DNA from: Nitrosospira sp. | Lineage (GTDB): Bacteria > Pseudomonadota > Gammaproteobacteria > Burkholderiales > Nitrosomonadaceae | Direction of reading: 5' to 3' | Assembly: GCA_039935055.1 (NCBI GenBank) | Contig: JBDTKY010000064.1 | Location: 1-55,898, forward strand | DNA: 55,898 nucleotides | Shown: positions 10,180-20,819 of the stretch, in pieces | Numbering within the stretch: the stretch's first letter is position 1 | Layout of the letters: every line of letters begins with the position of its first letter | The notes under the pieces: model-generated | Seen by the model: the letters and a program-made list of their open reading frames with translations, nothing else | Told to the model about the DNA's origin: nothing | The model's database searches: none | Translations under genes and position numbers: made by a program

Positions 10180-10285
10180 CTCTCAACCTTCTCACTTTGA
10201 GAAGTCCAAAGCAGCGGGACGCACTCCACCGAAATAGGGTCGGTGAGTTGGCCCAACCGTTTCAACTTTAAAGGAGATTTTCCAC

Positions 10286-11557
10286 ATGAAAAAGAAACTG
10301 ATTGCACTGGCTGTCGCCGGCGCACTCGCAGCCCCGGTGGTTGCATCCGCGCAGGGGACAAACGTCACAATTTTTGGCCGGGTGCAAGCTGAATACAGCT
10401 TGGTCGATTTCGCGGGCCAGCCCAGCCAGGGAGCGCTGCAAGACAACTCCCGCTCGTCACGTTGGGGGCTGCACATTACCGAGGATCTGGGCAATGGCCT
10501 CAAAGCAAACGCCCGTATGGAAATGGGCTTGAACACTGGTGCAGGTTCGGCCAGTACTCCGCGTGAGCAGTGGGTGGGTCTTTCTCACAATAATTTTGGC
10601 GATGTCAAATTTGGCCGTGTTCAGTCTCCCTTCAAGGATTTCGCTGGCGGTATGACGATCGATCCATTTGCCTATACCACCCTGCAAGCCAGCGGTTCTG
10701 GCGGTACCATGTCCGGAGGTGCTAACGGCTTGGGTTCGGGTGCAAACGGATTTGTTAACAGCGCTATTCGTTTCGACTCCGCAACCATCGAAGGCTTCTC
10801 CTTTGCCGCTTTGTTTATGCCTGGTGATGCAAATTCCCTCAACCCCCAAAACCCCAATGGCCTTAGCGCTGGCGGCATCGCGCAAAGCTTTCTCCCGGGT
10901 GGCTTGGGTGGTCAAGGCAATACCGGCGGCCGGAATGGCGATTTCGACGGTCAGGCTGCTGCCAAGTATCATGCCGATTTCATGGGGATGGGGTTTGATG
11001 TATTCGGCGGCTACTCCAGGGATAATGCCAACCAGTTCCAGAAGAGCGTAGGTCTCAAAACAGAAGAGGTATGGCGGGCTGGTGCTTCCTGGGCATTCGA
11101 AAACTTAAAGCTCAGCGGTCAATATGAACATGTCAGCCACGCTATCGGTTCAGCAACCTGTACTACCGCTGCTTCCCTGACGTCAAATCCGCTTGATGGT
11201 ACGGGCGGCACTGGACAATGCAATTCCGCGATGAATGCTGGCGCCGGCGGTCACCTCTGGTTCGCGAGTGGCCAGTACAAATTGGGCAATACAACCCTGG
11301 TAGCGCAAGGCGGTATGACTTCCGCTCAGGCGGGCGGCATCAATTCCGCGCAGGCTCGCAAGGTTGACAGCTTCACGGTAGGTGCGATCCATAATCTGAG
11401 CAAGCGTACCAGTATTTTCGGTGGTTATCAGCACGTATACCTGAATAATCCCAATCCCAACGACGGATCGGCAAATAATCAAGCTAACTATATTGCACCA
11501 GCCTATGCAACAGGTAATCGTGCTACCTACACGATTGGTGTTCGCCACAACTTTTAA
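10286..11557 (+). CDS. Gram-negative trimeric-type porin (betaproteobacterial major porin)
   Basis: MKKKLIALAVAGA signal, NVTIFG, SRWG..EDLGNGLKA, HNLSKRT, C-terminal GVRHNF; strong AAGGAG RBS. Confidence 0.95.
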   Translation: MKKKLIALAVAGALAAPVVASAQGTNVTIFGRVQAEYSLVDFAGQPSQGALQDNSRSSRWGLHITEDLGNGLKANARMEMGLNTGAGSASTPREQWVGLSHNNFGDVKFGRVQSPFKDFAGGMTIDPFAYTTLQASGSGGTMSGGANGLGSGANGFVNSAIRFDSATIEGFSFAALFMPGDANSLNPQNPNGLSAGGIAQSFLPGGLGGQGNTGGRNGDFDGQAAAKYHADFMGMGFDVFGGYSRDNANQFQKSVGLKTEEVWRAGASWAFENLKLSGQYEHVSHAIGSATCTTAASLTSNPLDGTGGTGQCNSAMNAGAGGHLWFASGQYKLGNTTLVAQGGMTSAQAGGINSAQARKVDSFTVGAIHNLSKRTSIFGGYQHVYLNNPNPNDGSANNQANYIAPAYATGNRATYTIGVRHNF

Positions 11558-11575
11558 TCGAGTCAAGTCAGTTGG

Positions 11576-11605
11576 AAATGGGGCGCTTCGGCGCCCCATT
11601 TTTTT
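11576..11605 (+). terminator. Rho-independent terminator of porin gene
   Basis: AAATGGGGCGC-TTCG-GCGCCCCATTT followed by a T run. Confidence 0.92.
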
Positions 11606-11917
11606 GCTTTTATTTTGATCGGAGAAGATCGGATAGATCATGATATGCTCATGAAAAGTCGGTTATTTCCTTCGGGAATCCAGACTGAGGCACGTGTATT
11701 AACCCTGACGAAGCCGTGTGTTTAGTTTATGAAATATACGTGCTAATATACTGGCGCGATAAAAGTGTCTGAAAAAGAAGCAAGATGAGAAGAGTGAGAT
11801 AAAATCCCTATTGCGACGTAAAAGTTTGGGGAATCTCATGGTACTTGTAAAAAACAAATGTGGTTATTCGTATGTGGCTATCAATCAGTTTATTGAAGTT
11901 TTTTGGAGGATTTACTC

Positions 11918-13027
11918 ATGGGAGTTCCTTTACGTCAACAGATAGCGGTAGGCAGTTATCTGATCAAGCAGAAGTTGAAAGGAGTAAAAAAATATCCTTT
12001 GGTTTTAATGCTGGAGCCTCTGTTTCGTTGTAATTTAGCCTGTGCGGGCTGCGGCAAGATTGATTATCCTGAGGACGTTCTTGACCAGCGCCTTTCGTTT
12101 GAGCAATGCATGGAAGCCGTTGATGAGTGTGGTGCGCCGATGGTATCGATTCCTGGCGGCGAACCGCTGATACATAAAGAAATGCCGCAGATCATTGCAG
12201 GTATCGTTGCCCGGAAGAAGTATGTTTATCTCTGCACGAATGCGCTTTTGTTGAAAAAAAGGATTGATGACTATACGCCGTCTCCTTTTCTGACTTTTTC
12301 CATCCATCTGGATGGCATGAAAGAAAGGCATGATGCCTCGGTGTGTCAGGATGGTGTTTTTGATCGGGCGGTTGAGGCAATAAAATTGTGCGTGGCAAGA
12401 GGATTCAGAGTCACCGTAAACTGTACTCTGTTTCAGGGTGAAACCCCGGATGACGTTGCTGAATTTCTGGATTACGCCATGGAGTTAGGCATTGAGGGCG
12501 CAACCATCGCACCGGGGTTCAGCTATGAACGTGCGCCTAAGCAGGATATCTTTATTAAGGGACAGGATACCAAGAAACTATTTCGGGGTATTTTTGAAAT
12601 CGGCAAAAAACGCAACTGGAAATTGAATCATTCCAAGCTGTATCTTGATTTTCTGGCTGGCAACCAGGATTACGAGTGCACCCCATGGGGTAACCCGACA
12701 CGTAACATATTTGGCTGGCAGAAACCTTGCTATTTATTGCCGGATGAGGGGTATGCGGCCAGTTTTCAGGAGTTGCTGGATGACACCCCTTGGGAAAAGT
12801 ACGGTAACAGCAGTAATCCTAAGTGTGCGCAATGCATGGCTCATTGCGGTTATGAAGCAACTGCAGTTGAAGATATGTTGCAACATCCGCTGAAAGCATT
12901 GCTTGCTTCTATCAGAGGCCCGAGGACGACGGGAGCAATGGTGGCTGAGCCTACGCCTAAATGGGTAACCGAGGAACTGAAATCCCGAAAAACAATTGGC
13001 GGGATTCCTGTCAAGCTCGAGCGATAA
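11918..13027 (+). CDS. hpnH: Adenosylhopane synthase, radical SAM
   Basis: PLVLMLEPLFRCNLACAGCGKI (CxxxCxxC), CTPWGNP, CAQCMAHCGYE; clustered with shc; start behind GGAGG. Confidence 0.96.
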   Translation: MGVPLRQQIAVGSYLIKQKLKGVKKYPLVLMLEPLFRCNLACAGCGKIDYPEDVLDQRLSFEQCMEAVDECGAPMVSIPGGEPLIHKEMPQIIAGIVARKKYVYLCTNALLLKKRIDDYTPSPFLTFSIHLDGMKERHDASVCQDGVFDRAVEAIKLCVARGFRVTVNCTLFQGETPDDVAEFLDYAMELGIEGATIAPGFSYERAPKQDIFIKGQDTKKLFRGIFEIGKKRNWKLNHSKLYLDFLAGNQDYECTPWGNPTRNIFGWQKPCYLLPDEGYAASFQELLDDTPWEKYGNSSNPKCAQCMAHCGYEATAVEDMLQHPLKALLASIRGPRTTGAMVAEPTPKWVTEELKSRKTIGGIPVKLER

Positions 13028-13127
13028 ACGACAAGGATCTTCACGCATTAAAGCGCGTAGGTAGAGAACGTGCGCATGCGATCGATGGTGTCTGGATGCT
13101 GTTGAAATCCTGATCTGTTCCAAACTC

Positions 13128-13164
13128 ACACCATCGCCAGGGAAATTTTTCCTGGCGATGGTGT
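13128..13164. repeat. Perfect 14-bp inverted repeat between hpnH and hpnM
   Basis: ACACCATCGCCAGG...CCTGGCGATGGTGT; no following U-tract. Confidence 0.8.
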
Positions 13165-13321
13165 CGCTTGGGCGCGAAGCGAGTGATGGATTATCACGGA
13201 ACTTCGGCCGGTTCGGGACATGATAGCGCAGTGCTTGTCGTTAGTACGCTATACTGACCATAAGATGGATTCCGAGGTTAATTATTGTGCGGTTAGCATA
13301 CTTGCTGTAAAGGCTGTCAAT

Positions 13322-13951
13322 ATGAAATTGATTCATGCGATCAGGTATGTATTGCAGCTCCAGATAATAGTGCTCATGCTGGGGGTTCCGCTTGAGTCCT
13401 GGGCCGAGACTCCAGGCTCCCGCAGTCCGGAACAGATCGTAAACTATTTGCATGAGTCACTTATAAAAGCAATGCGCGAGGGTGAGAAGCTCGGTTATCA
13501 AGGACGTTTCGAGTTGCTGGCTCCCGTCATTGACCATACTCACGATCTCGATTTTATCGCACGTACTACCTTGGGTGCCAACTGGGCTCAGCTGGATGCC
13601 GAGCAGCGGCGTATTTTTACAGATGTTTTTCGAAAGCTTAGCATTGGCACCTACGCGGGGTGGTTTAAAAACCACGACGGTGAGCGTTTTGAATTTTTGG
13701 AGCAACAATCCATGCCGCGGGATCAGATATTGGTGCGCAGCAGGTTGGTTCCGCTGAAGGGTGAACCTGTACGTTTCGACTATATCCTGCGTCACGGAAA
13801 AGACGGTTGGCGCATCGTCAATGTCCTTGCTGATGGCGTCAGCGATCTCGCGTTGAAACGTGTTGAGTATCGCGCCATCCTTCAACGCGATGGTTTCTCG
13901 ACACTCATCGATATGCTCAAGAAAAAGATCGTCCTGGCTGAACAAAATTAA
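13322..13951 (+). CDS. hpnM: HpnM / MlaC (Ttg2D)-family periplasmic lipid shuttle
   Basis: Signal peptide; WRIVNVLADGVSDLALKRVEY motif; hopanoid cluster context; start estimated. Confidence 0.88.
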   Translation: MKLIHAIRYVLQLQIIVLMLGVPLESWAETPGSRSPEQIVNYLHESLIKAMREGEKLGYQGRFELLAPVIDHTHDLDFIARTTLGANWAQLDAEQRRIFTDVFRKLSIGTYAGWFKNHDGERFEFLEQQSMPRDQILVRSRLVPLKGEPVRFDYILRHGKDGWRIVNVLADGVSDLALKRVEYRAILQRDGFSTLIDMLKKKIVLAEQN

Positions 13952-13999
13952 ATAGAACCGCGCAGCATCAGGATCGATCGTTCCAATGCTCCCCGAAGG

Positions 14000-16657
14000 A
14001 TGACTATACCAATCAAAGCTTCTCACAGCCGTATCTACGACATCTTTGCGCGCTGGTCCACAATCTCCTATCGTTACGCTGCCTGGATCCTTCTTGGAGC
14101 ATCGCTGTTAGCTGTGGCAGCTGGCTTTTATGTTTCGCGTAATCTTGGTATGAATACAGATACCACGGACATGCTCTCCGAGCACCTGCCGTTTCGCGTC
14201 AATATGAAGCACTACAATAAAACGTTCCCTCAGGACATGGAAACCCTGGTGGTCGTGCTGGATGCCCCCACACCCGAGCAGGTTCGAATGGCTACAGCGC
14301 GTCTCGCAGCGCGTTTAAAAAAAGACACTACGCATTTCCACGACGTTTACCCCCCAAACGTAGATGATTTTTTCGCACGCAATGGATTGCTTTACCAAAG
14401 TCTCCCAGAGCTGGAACAGATCACGGATCGCCTGGCCGCGGCACAGCCGCTGATGGCGCATATTGCGGAGAATCCCAATCTGCAGACGTTTGCCTCTGTC
14501 CTAAGTGGGGCTGTGGAGGAATTGCATAAAGGACGTGGCCTGGAATTGAGATCAGTGCTAACTGGTGTGAGCGCAACGCTGGATGCACGGCTGGCAGGCG
14601 TGCCCAGGGCGTTGTCATGGCAATCCCTGTTTCGCGGCGATTCTCAGAAAAGCAGATACCAAGAGCTCATAATAGTAAAACCGAGGCTTGATTACACCGA
14701 GCTATTTCCAGCCGAACAATCCATTGCGGCTCTACATGCGGCAGCAAAAGATATCGGTTTGACCAAGGATGGGCCGGTAAAGTTACGCATTACCGGCGAG
14801 GTAGCGTTAGCCGAGGAGGAACTTAATAGTTCGCTGCGCGGCATGGAGTATGCCGGAATAATTACATTCGTGATGGTGGGGGTCGTCCTCTACTTTGCGA
14901 TGCGCACCCCTGGATTGATACTCAACGTATTGGTTTGCTTGACAATGGGCCTGCTTCTCACCGCAGCTTTCGCCACCGCTGCAGTCGGTCATCTGAACCT
15001 GATATCCATCGCATTTGCGGTACTATACATTGGTCTGGGGGCGGACTTCGCCATTCATTTTCTGCTGCGATATCGTGAGGTACTGGCGGATGGCCTACCC
15101 CCCGCCAAGGCCATGTACTTGGCTGGCGGCGATGCCGGAGCCGCCTTGACCGCGTGTGCTATCACCAATGCTATTGGTTTCTATGCATTTATACCTACAG
15201 ATTATAGCGGGGTAGCGGAGCTGGGGATCATCTCCGGTACCGGCATGGTGATTAGCCTGCTGGTTACCCTTACCATAGGACCTGCTCTCCTACGTTATTT
15301 TCCGAAACGGCCGCCAGTGAAATCGAATATGAAGGGCTCCGTAGGCAAGGTGCTGGAGCTATCGCTGAAGTGGCACAAGCTGACCTATGCCGCGACTGCG
15401 GTAGCTTTAATCGCCGCTGTTGCGGTATTGCCCCAAGTAAGATTTGACTACAATTTGCTGAATATGCAGGATCCGCAGGGCGAAGCGGTGCAGACTTTTC
15501 GCGCGCTTCTCACGGACACCGACCATTCCCCCTGGCACGCGGTTGTGCTGGCTAATGATCGTCAGGAAACGGAACGGCTGGCGCAGCGCTTGGCCAAGCT
15601 TCCAGAGGTGAGCAACGTGGTGACCATTCTCGATTTTGTGCCGCCGGACCAGGGGCAGAAATTCTCGCTTATCGAGGAGATGGCTCTCACGACTGGCCCG
15701 ATTATGCTGCCAAACCAGCCTCCGGCGACGGGTGAGCACGTAGCGGTGCAGCAGCGAAAGGCTTTGGATGATCTGGATGATGCGTTAGATCGGTTCATTG
15801 CCGGCCGGCCTGATCATCGAGACTCTGCAATCGCGCGTGCCCTGAAGTCATCCCTTACTGCGTTGTTCGCTCAACTCGATACAGCCAGCGCGGCCGATAG
15901 AACCAAACTACTGCATTCAGTAGAGAAGGATCTGCTTGCTATGCTACCCATTGCTTTGCAGGGGCTGCGCACCGCTACTGAAGCTACCCCGTTTGATGAG
16001 CAAGATCTTCCCACATCGTTGTCTAGTCGCTGGCATAGCCGGACAGGCGAATACCGGCTGGCGGTTTATCCTGCAGAAGACATCAACGACAACGAGGCAT
16101 TGCGGCGTTTTGTGAGGGCGGTGCAGCAAGTTGCACCCAATGCCACCGGGGCGCCAGTGGTGAGTCTTGATGCGGGCGAGGCCGTGGTGCATGCGTTCGC
16201 TCAGGCGTTCTTATTGGCATTGGTGGGAATTATCGTAGCATTGTTGGTATTGCTGCGCAGTATAAAGTACACCCTCTTAGTCCTGAGCCCGCTTTTGCTG
16301 TCCAGTTTGTTTACTGCTGCTTTCACCGTCCTTCTGAACGTACCATTCAACTTCGCCAATATTATCGCTTTGCCGTTGTTATTGGGAATTGGTATCGACA
16401 GCAGCCTGCATATGGTGCACCGAAGTCTGAATAATGAACTGGTCAGCGAAGTTCTGATTCACACCAGTACCGCGCGTGCCATTTTTTACAGTGCCTTGAC
16501 CGCTTTGGTGGATTTCGCAAGTCTTATGTTTTCATCGCACCAAGGTACAGCCAGTATGGGAATAATGCTCACGGTGGGACTGACATTTACTCTGATTTGT
16601 ACCCTCGTTATACTGCCAGCATTGTTGAGGTCTCCAATTCAAGGCGCGAAAGCATAA
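14000..16657 (+). CDS. hpnN: Hopanoid transporter, MMPL/RND family
   Basis: Two RND-type TM blocks; LNLISIAFAVLYIGLGADFAIH and NFANIIALPLLLGIGID. Confidence 0.94.
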   Translation: MTIPIKASHSRIYDIFARWSTISYRYAAWILLGASLLAVAAGFYVSRNLGMNTDTTDMLSEHLPFRVNMKHYNKTFPQDMETLVVVLDAPTPEQVRMATARLAARLKKDTTHFHDVYPPNVDDFFARNGLLYQSLPELEQITDRLAAAQPLMAHIAENPNLQTFASVLSGAVEELHKGRGLELRSVLTGVSATLDARLAGVPRALSWQSLFRGDSQKSRYQELIIVKPRLDYTELFPAEQSIAALHAAAKDIGLTKDGPVKLRITGEVALAEEELNSSLRGMEYAGIITFVMVGVVLYFAMRTPGLILNVLVCLTMGLLLTAAFATAAVGHLNLISIAFAVLYIGLGADFAIHFLLRYREVLADGLPPAKAMYLAGGDAGAALTACAITNAIGFYAFIPTDYSGVAELGIISGTGMVISLLVTLTIGPALLRYFPKRPPVKSNMKGSVGKVLELSLKWHKLTYAATAVALIAAVAVLPQVRFDYNLLNMQDPQGEAVQTFRALLTDTDHSPWHAVVLANDRQETERLAQRLAKLPEVSNVVTILDFVPPDQGQKFSLIEEMALTTGPIMLPNQPPATGEHVAVQQRKALDDLDDALDRFIAGRPDHRDSAIARALKSSLTALFAQLDTASAADRTKLLHSVEKDLLAMLPIALQGLRTATEATPFDEQDLPTSLSSRWHSRTGEYRLAVYPAEDINDNEALRRFVRAVQQVAPNATGAPVVSLDAGEAVVHAFAQAFLLALVGIIVALLVLLRSIKYTLLVLSPLLLSSLFTAAFTVLLNVPFNFANIIALPLLLGIGIDSSLHMVHRSLNNELVSEVLIHTSTARAIFYSALTALVDFASLMFSSHQGTASMGIMLTVGLTFTLICTLVILPALLRSPIQGAKA

Positions 16658-16832
16658 TAGCGAGATCGCCGCAAAAGGCGCCCCATCGCGGAGCAATCTG
16701 GTCTTATGCGGACAAAGTTATGCGCCAATGTGATAATTATTGTTTATACTTAGCATCTTGAGGTGAACCGCCGCATCGTGGAATGTAACTACCTTATGAG
16801 ATAACAGGACCCGTTTATCCTTTACTTAAATC

Positions 16833-17626
16833 ATGACGCGTAACCATCCGGCGATTGTTCATTGTTAGTATGCGTAGCATTGCTTACGGGTTGCGCTACC
16901 ATGCGTCCGAACGATCAGAGCATGGATTAGAGTATAGATCCGATTGATCCTAATGAGAAAACCAATCGCAAATTTTATAATTTTACCGATTCGGTAGACC
17001 GGAATATTCTGGCGCCAATTGCAGACGCCTATATAAAATATGTGCCGAACCCGATGCAGCGTTCGATCGGAAATTTCTATGACAATCTTGTCTACTCAAA
17101 TGTAATTCTTAACGATTTCTTGCAGGGTAAGATACGTCAGGGATTCCAGGACAGTTTACGATTCCTCGTCAATTCGACTATTGGTGGGGGAGGACTTTTC
17201 GATATGGCGGCGCCCATGGGTTTGCTGCAGCATGACGAAGACTTTGGGCAAACACTCGGTGTGTGGGGTGTCAAAACAGGGTCTTATTTGTTTGTCCCTT
17301 TAATTGGGCCAAGCAGTTATCGCGACGCGCCGGGCATTCCTGTCAGCATGTTCAGTAACGTTCTTTTTTATGCAGGTTGAGTTGCAAGTATCGCTATTAC
17401 AGGACTCGTCGCAGTTTTGGGTATAATTGACAAACGGGCGAGGCTAAGCGGGTCCATGCGCATTCGTGATGAGGCGGCGCTGGATCCTTATCTATTTGTG
17501 CACGAAGGTTTTTTGCAACAGCGTAAGCACCTGATCTACGATGGAGAGCCACCCCCCGAAAGCTACGATTATCCGCTGCATAAGGATATCGTACATAATG
17601 AATTCGCAGCCAAACCGTTGCGCTGA
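16833..17626 (+). pseudogene. mlaA: VacJ/MlaA-family lipoprotein, disrupted
   Basis: Lipobox LTGC; DPNEKTNRKFYNF, RFLVNSTIG, EDFGQTLGVWG, YLFVPLIGPSSYRD, LDPYLFV; frameshift near 16859, in-frame TAG 16928-16930, in-frame TGA 17378-17380. Confidence 0.9.
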
Positions 17627-17814
17627 AGCTGAATCCAGATGGCGCCTTTGATAAAAGATGTTGTCCCCAATTGGAGGCTGAGGCCGCTATCGGTAGCGAA
17701 AGGCTTATGGCATCATCCAGCATCCTATTTTTGTAAACGTCAGCGCTTACTACTATGAGCAGACCAATGAATCACGCGCGAAATTATGCAGCAAAGCAAC
17801 TTAGGTAAGAATAA

Positions 17815-19761
17815 ATGACGAGATTGGAAGGTACTGCCAGATTGTCCTCGCAAGATCGATACTTAAATTCAACCAATACAACAGCGCTGGAAGATGGATT
17901 GGCCATAGCGCGCACGGCCCTGCTGTCTTTACAGAAAGAGGATGGCCATTGGTGCTTCCCGCTGGAGGCCGACTGTACGATCCCATCCGAGTATGTGCTA
18001 ATGATGCATTTCATGGATGATCTGGATCTGGATCTGGAAGTCAGGCTTGCCCGATTTATCCGTGAGAAGCAGGATCCCGAGCATGGCGGCTGGCCGCTGT
18101 ACTACGGCGGTCATTTTGATCTAAGCTGTACGGTCAAAGCATATTATGCCCTGAAGCTCGTAGGTGATTCGCCGGATGCGCCGCATATGAAGCGCGCCCG
18201 CACAGCTATTTTGGAGCATGGAGGCGCAGCTCGGGCTAATGTGTTCACGCGGATATTGCTCGCCATGTATGATCAGATCCCCTGGCGCGGTGTTCCGTTT
18301 GTGCCCGTGGAAATCATATTTTTGCCCCGCTGGTTTCCATTTCACCTGAGCAAAATTGCCTACTGGTCGCGTGCCGTGACAGTACCGCTGTCCATTCTAT
18401 GCAGCTTGAAGGCGCGGGCCGTGAATCGGCGCAAGGTTCATATCCGCGAGCTGTTTACGGCCCCTCCGGAGGAAGAGCGAGACTATTTTCCAGTGCGCAC
18501 TCCCCTTAATCGGATGTTCCTGCTCATCGAGCGCACTGCTTCGCGATTCGAACCGCTTATTCCCAAGGCCCTGCGCCGTTTGGCGCTACGCCGCGCGGAA
18601 CGTTGGACAGTAGAGCGGCTTAACGGTAATTACGGTTTGGGTGGGATTTTTCCGGCCATTGTAAATGCCGGCGAGGCGCTGGCATTGCTGGGTTACTCTT
18701 ATGAGCATCCTTATCGGGAACAGTGCCGCCAGGCTCTTCGAGGGTTGCTAGTCGATGAGGGCGCGCGCGCCTGGTGTCAGCCATGCACCTCGCCCGTATG
18801 GGACACTGTCCTGGCGTCTCTCGCATTCCAGGAAGATATAGGCGCAGATCAGAGGCCCATACGAAAGGCCCTTGATTGGCTGATTCCCAACCAGATACTC
18901 GATGCACCTGCGGATTGGCAAGAAGATCATCCTGATCTGGCAGGAGGTGGTTGGGCTTTTCAGTATGCCAATCCCCATTATCCGGACTTGGACGACACCG
19001 CTGCCGTGGCGTGGGCACTACATCAAGCAGACCCGCAAACTTACCACGAAAGCATAGAACGAGCGGCAGAGTGGCTTGCCGGTATGCAATCCCGCAACGG
19101 TGGCTTTGCGGCCTTCGATACCGATAATACTTATTATTACCTCAATGAAATTCCATTTGCTGATCACGGCGCCTTGCTTGATCCGCCTACCAGCGATGTT
19201 ACCGCCCGTTGCACCGGTTTTCTAGCTTTGCACGGTAAATCTGGGCACAAGGCTACCGTGGAACGGGGCCTGGCTTACCTGTTTCGCGAGCAGGAGCCCA
19301 GCGGAGCCTGGTTCGGTCGCTGGGGAAGCAATTATATCTACGGTACCTGGTCGGTACTGGAAGCGTTTCGGCTGGTGCGTTTAGATACCAATCACCTCGC
19401 TATTCGCCGTGCGGCACAGTGGCTGAAATCCGTGCAACGCGATGATGGGGGCTGGGGTGAGGGTAATGATACTTACTTCGAACCGCAACGGGCCGGGCAG
19501 TTTGAGACGAGTACATCATTTCAGACTGCATGGGCATTGCTCGGTCTGATGGCGGCAGGAGAAGGGCATAGTCATGAAGTGCAGCGTGGCATCGAGTACC
19601 TGTTGCGCCAGCAGGACAGCAATGGCCTATGGGATGATCCCTGGTTCACCGCGCCGGGGTTTCCGAGGGTTTTCTACTTGAGATATCACGGTTACACGAA
19701 GTATTTTCCGTTTTGGGCTCTGGCCAGATTTCATGCGCTGACACAAAAGACTTCTGTTTGA
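17815..19761 (+). CDS. shc: Squalene-hopene cyclase
   Basis: YPDLDDTA catalytic DXDD, multiple QW repeats, GRWGSNYIYGT, GFPRVFYLRYHGY. Confidence 0.98.
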   Translation: MTRLEGTARLSSQDRYLNSTNTTALEDGLAIARTALLSLQKEDGHWCFPLEADCTIPSEYVLMMHFMDDLDLDLEVRLARFIREKQDPEHGGWPLYYGGHFDLSCTVKAYYALKLVGDSPDAPHMKRARTAILEHGGAARANVFTRILLAMYDQIPWRGVPFVPVEIIFLPRWFPFHLSKIAYWSRAVTVPLSILCSLKARAVNRRKVHIRELFTAPPEEERDYFPVRTPLNRMFLLIERTASRFEPLIPKALRRLALRRAERWTVERLNGNYGLGGIFPAIVNAGEALALLGYSYEHPYREQCRQALRGLLVDEGARAWCQPCTSPVWDTVLASLAFQEDIGADQRPIRKALDWLIPNQILDAPADWQEDHPDLAGGGWAFQYANPHYPDLDDTAAVAWALHQADPQTYHESIERAAEWLAGMQSRNGGFAAFDTDNTYYYLNEIPFADHGALLDPPTSDVTARCTGFLALHGKSGHKATVERGLAYLFREQEPSGAWFGRWGSNYIYGTWSVLEAFRLVRLDTNHLAIRRAAQWLKSVQRDDGGWGEGNDTYFEPQRAGQFETSTSFQTAWALLGLMAAGEGHSHEVQRGIEYLLRQQDSNGLWDDPWFTAPGFPRVFYLRYHGYTKYFPFWALARFHALTQKTSV

Positions 19762-19762
19762 C

Positions 19763-20500
19763 ATGATAGGTATCGTGACGGCTCTACGCGTGGAAGCTCG
19801 TTGCGTTACCCCGCTCCGTTTGCCCTTTAATCAAATGATTGGCTTGGGGGAAAGCGCTGCGATATGGCTCTGTGGAATGGGCGAAGAGGCGGCTCGGGAG
19901 GCAGCGGAAGGATTGGTGGCGGGCGGTGCGACGTCTTTGATGAGTTTGGGGCTTGCTGGTGCATTGGATTCGCGCCTGCATCCGGGAGACTTGGTGTTGC
20001 CTGAGTCGATCTACGCCGGCCGCCCGTTGCAGGTTGATTTGGGTTGGCGTAACCGTCTGCACGCATTGCTGCCCGCCCGCTTGAGTGTCGCGGGCGGTAT
20101 GTTGGTTTCCAGCAAGCAGGTATTGACCTCGGCAAATGCAAAAAGTGACTTGGCACAAGCTACCGGAGCCTGCGCAGTGGATATGGAAAGTGGCGCGGTG
20201 GCAGAGGCTGCTGTCCATGCCGGTATGCCGCTCCTGGTTGTGCGGGCCATCTCGGATCCAGCCGAATTTTCGCCTCCTTCCATTCTTCTGGGCGCGGTAC
20301 GTCGCGACGGCAGCGCCGATCTGGCGCGCCTGCTTCCACTATTGCTGCGACGATCGGTGACGCTCGGCACATTATTGCGTCTTGCGGTGGACACGCGTGC
20401 CGCGTGTTCCACGTTATCCACAGTAGTGCGATATGCAGGCACGGAAATGGGAGTTGCCCCGAATCACTCCACCGATACACGGCGGGTCAAGAATAGATAA
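19763..20500 (+). CDS. hpnG: Adenosylhopane nucleosidase/phosphorylase
   Basis: PNP/UDP fold: GLAGALD, AVDMESGAVA, VVRAISD; directly follows shc. Confidence 0.88.
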   Translation: MIGIVTALRVEARCVTPLRLPFNQMIGLGESAAIWLCGMGEEAAREAAEGLVAGGATSLMSLGLAGALDSRLHPGDLVLPESIYAGRPLQVDLGWRNRLHALLPARLSVAGGMLVSSKQVLTSANAKSDLAQATGACAVDMESGAVAEAAVHAGMPLLVVRAISDPAEFSPPSILLGAVRRDGSADLARLLPLLLRRSVTLGTLLRLAVDTRAACSTLSTVVRYAGTEMGVAPNHSTDTRRVKNR

Positions 20501-20819
20501 GCATGGAGAAGGGATAAGTTGTATTCTTCGAGCCTGAATTCAGGCGCAGAGCGTCGCACCGAATAACCTGACCTCAGTTGACGCCGCTATCGCGATTCTC
20601 CGACTCGCTCAGGTTTGACGGGAGATGAAAAATACCACAATCTCAGCCACACAGCCGGTTGCGTTTATATTGAGGAAAAATTTTCATTAAGGAAGCGCAC
20701 GGTTGTTGATTATTTAATATCGAAAGCTCTAAAATAAAGTCATCATATTACTTGAGGATTCGCTCTGTTAAAGAGTAGAATATCGGCCTTTCGCATCAGG
20801 CATTTAATGGAGATTATCT

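Noticed and set aside
16928-17380. Pyrrolysine or selenocysteine readthrough in mlaA
   Set aside because: Two different stop codons plus a frameshift in one gene fit decay; TAG is one change from CAG in a GATCAGAGC/GATTAGAGT repeat.
20414-20422. DnaA box TTATCCACA
   Set aside because: A single copy inside hpnG; no box cluster or origin context.
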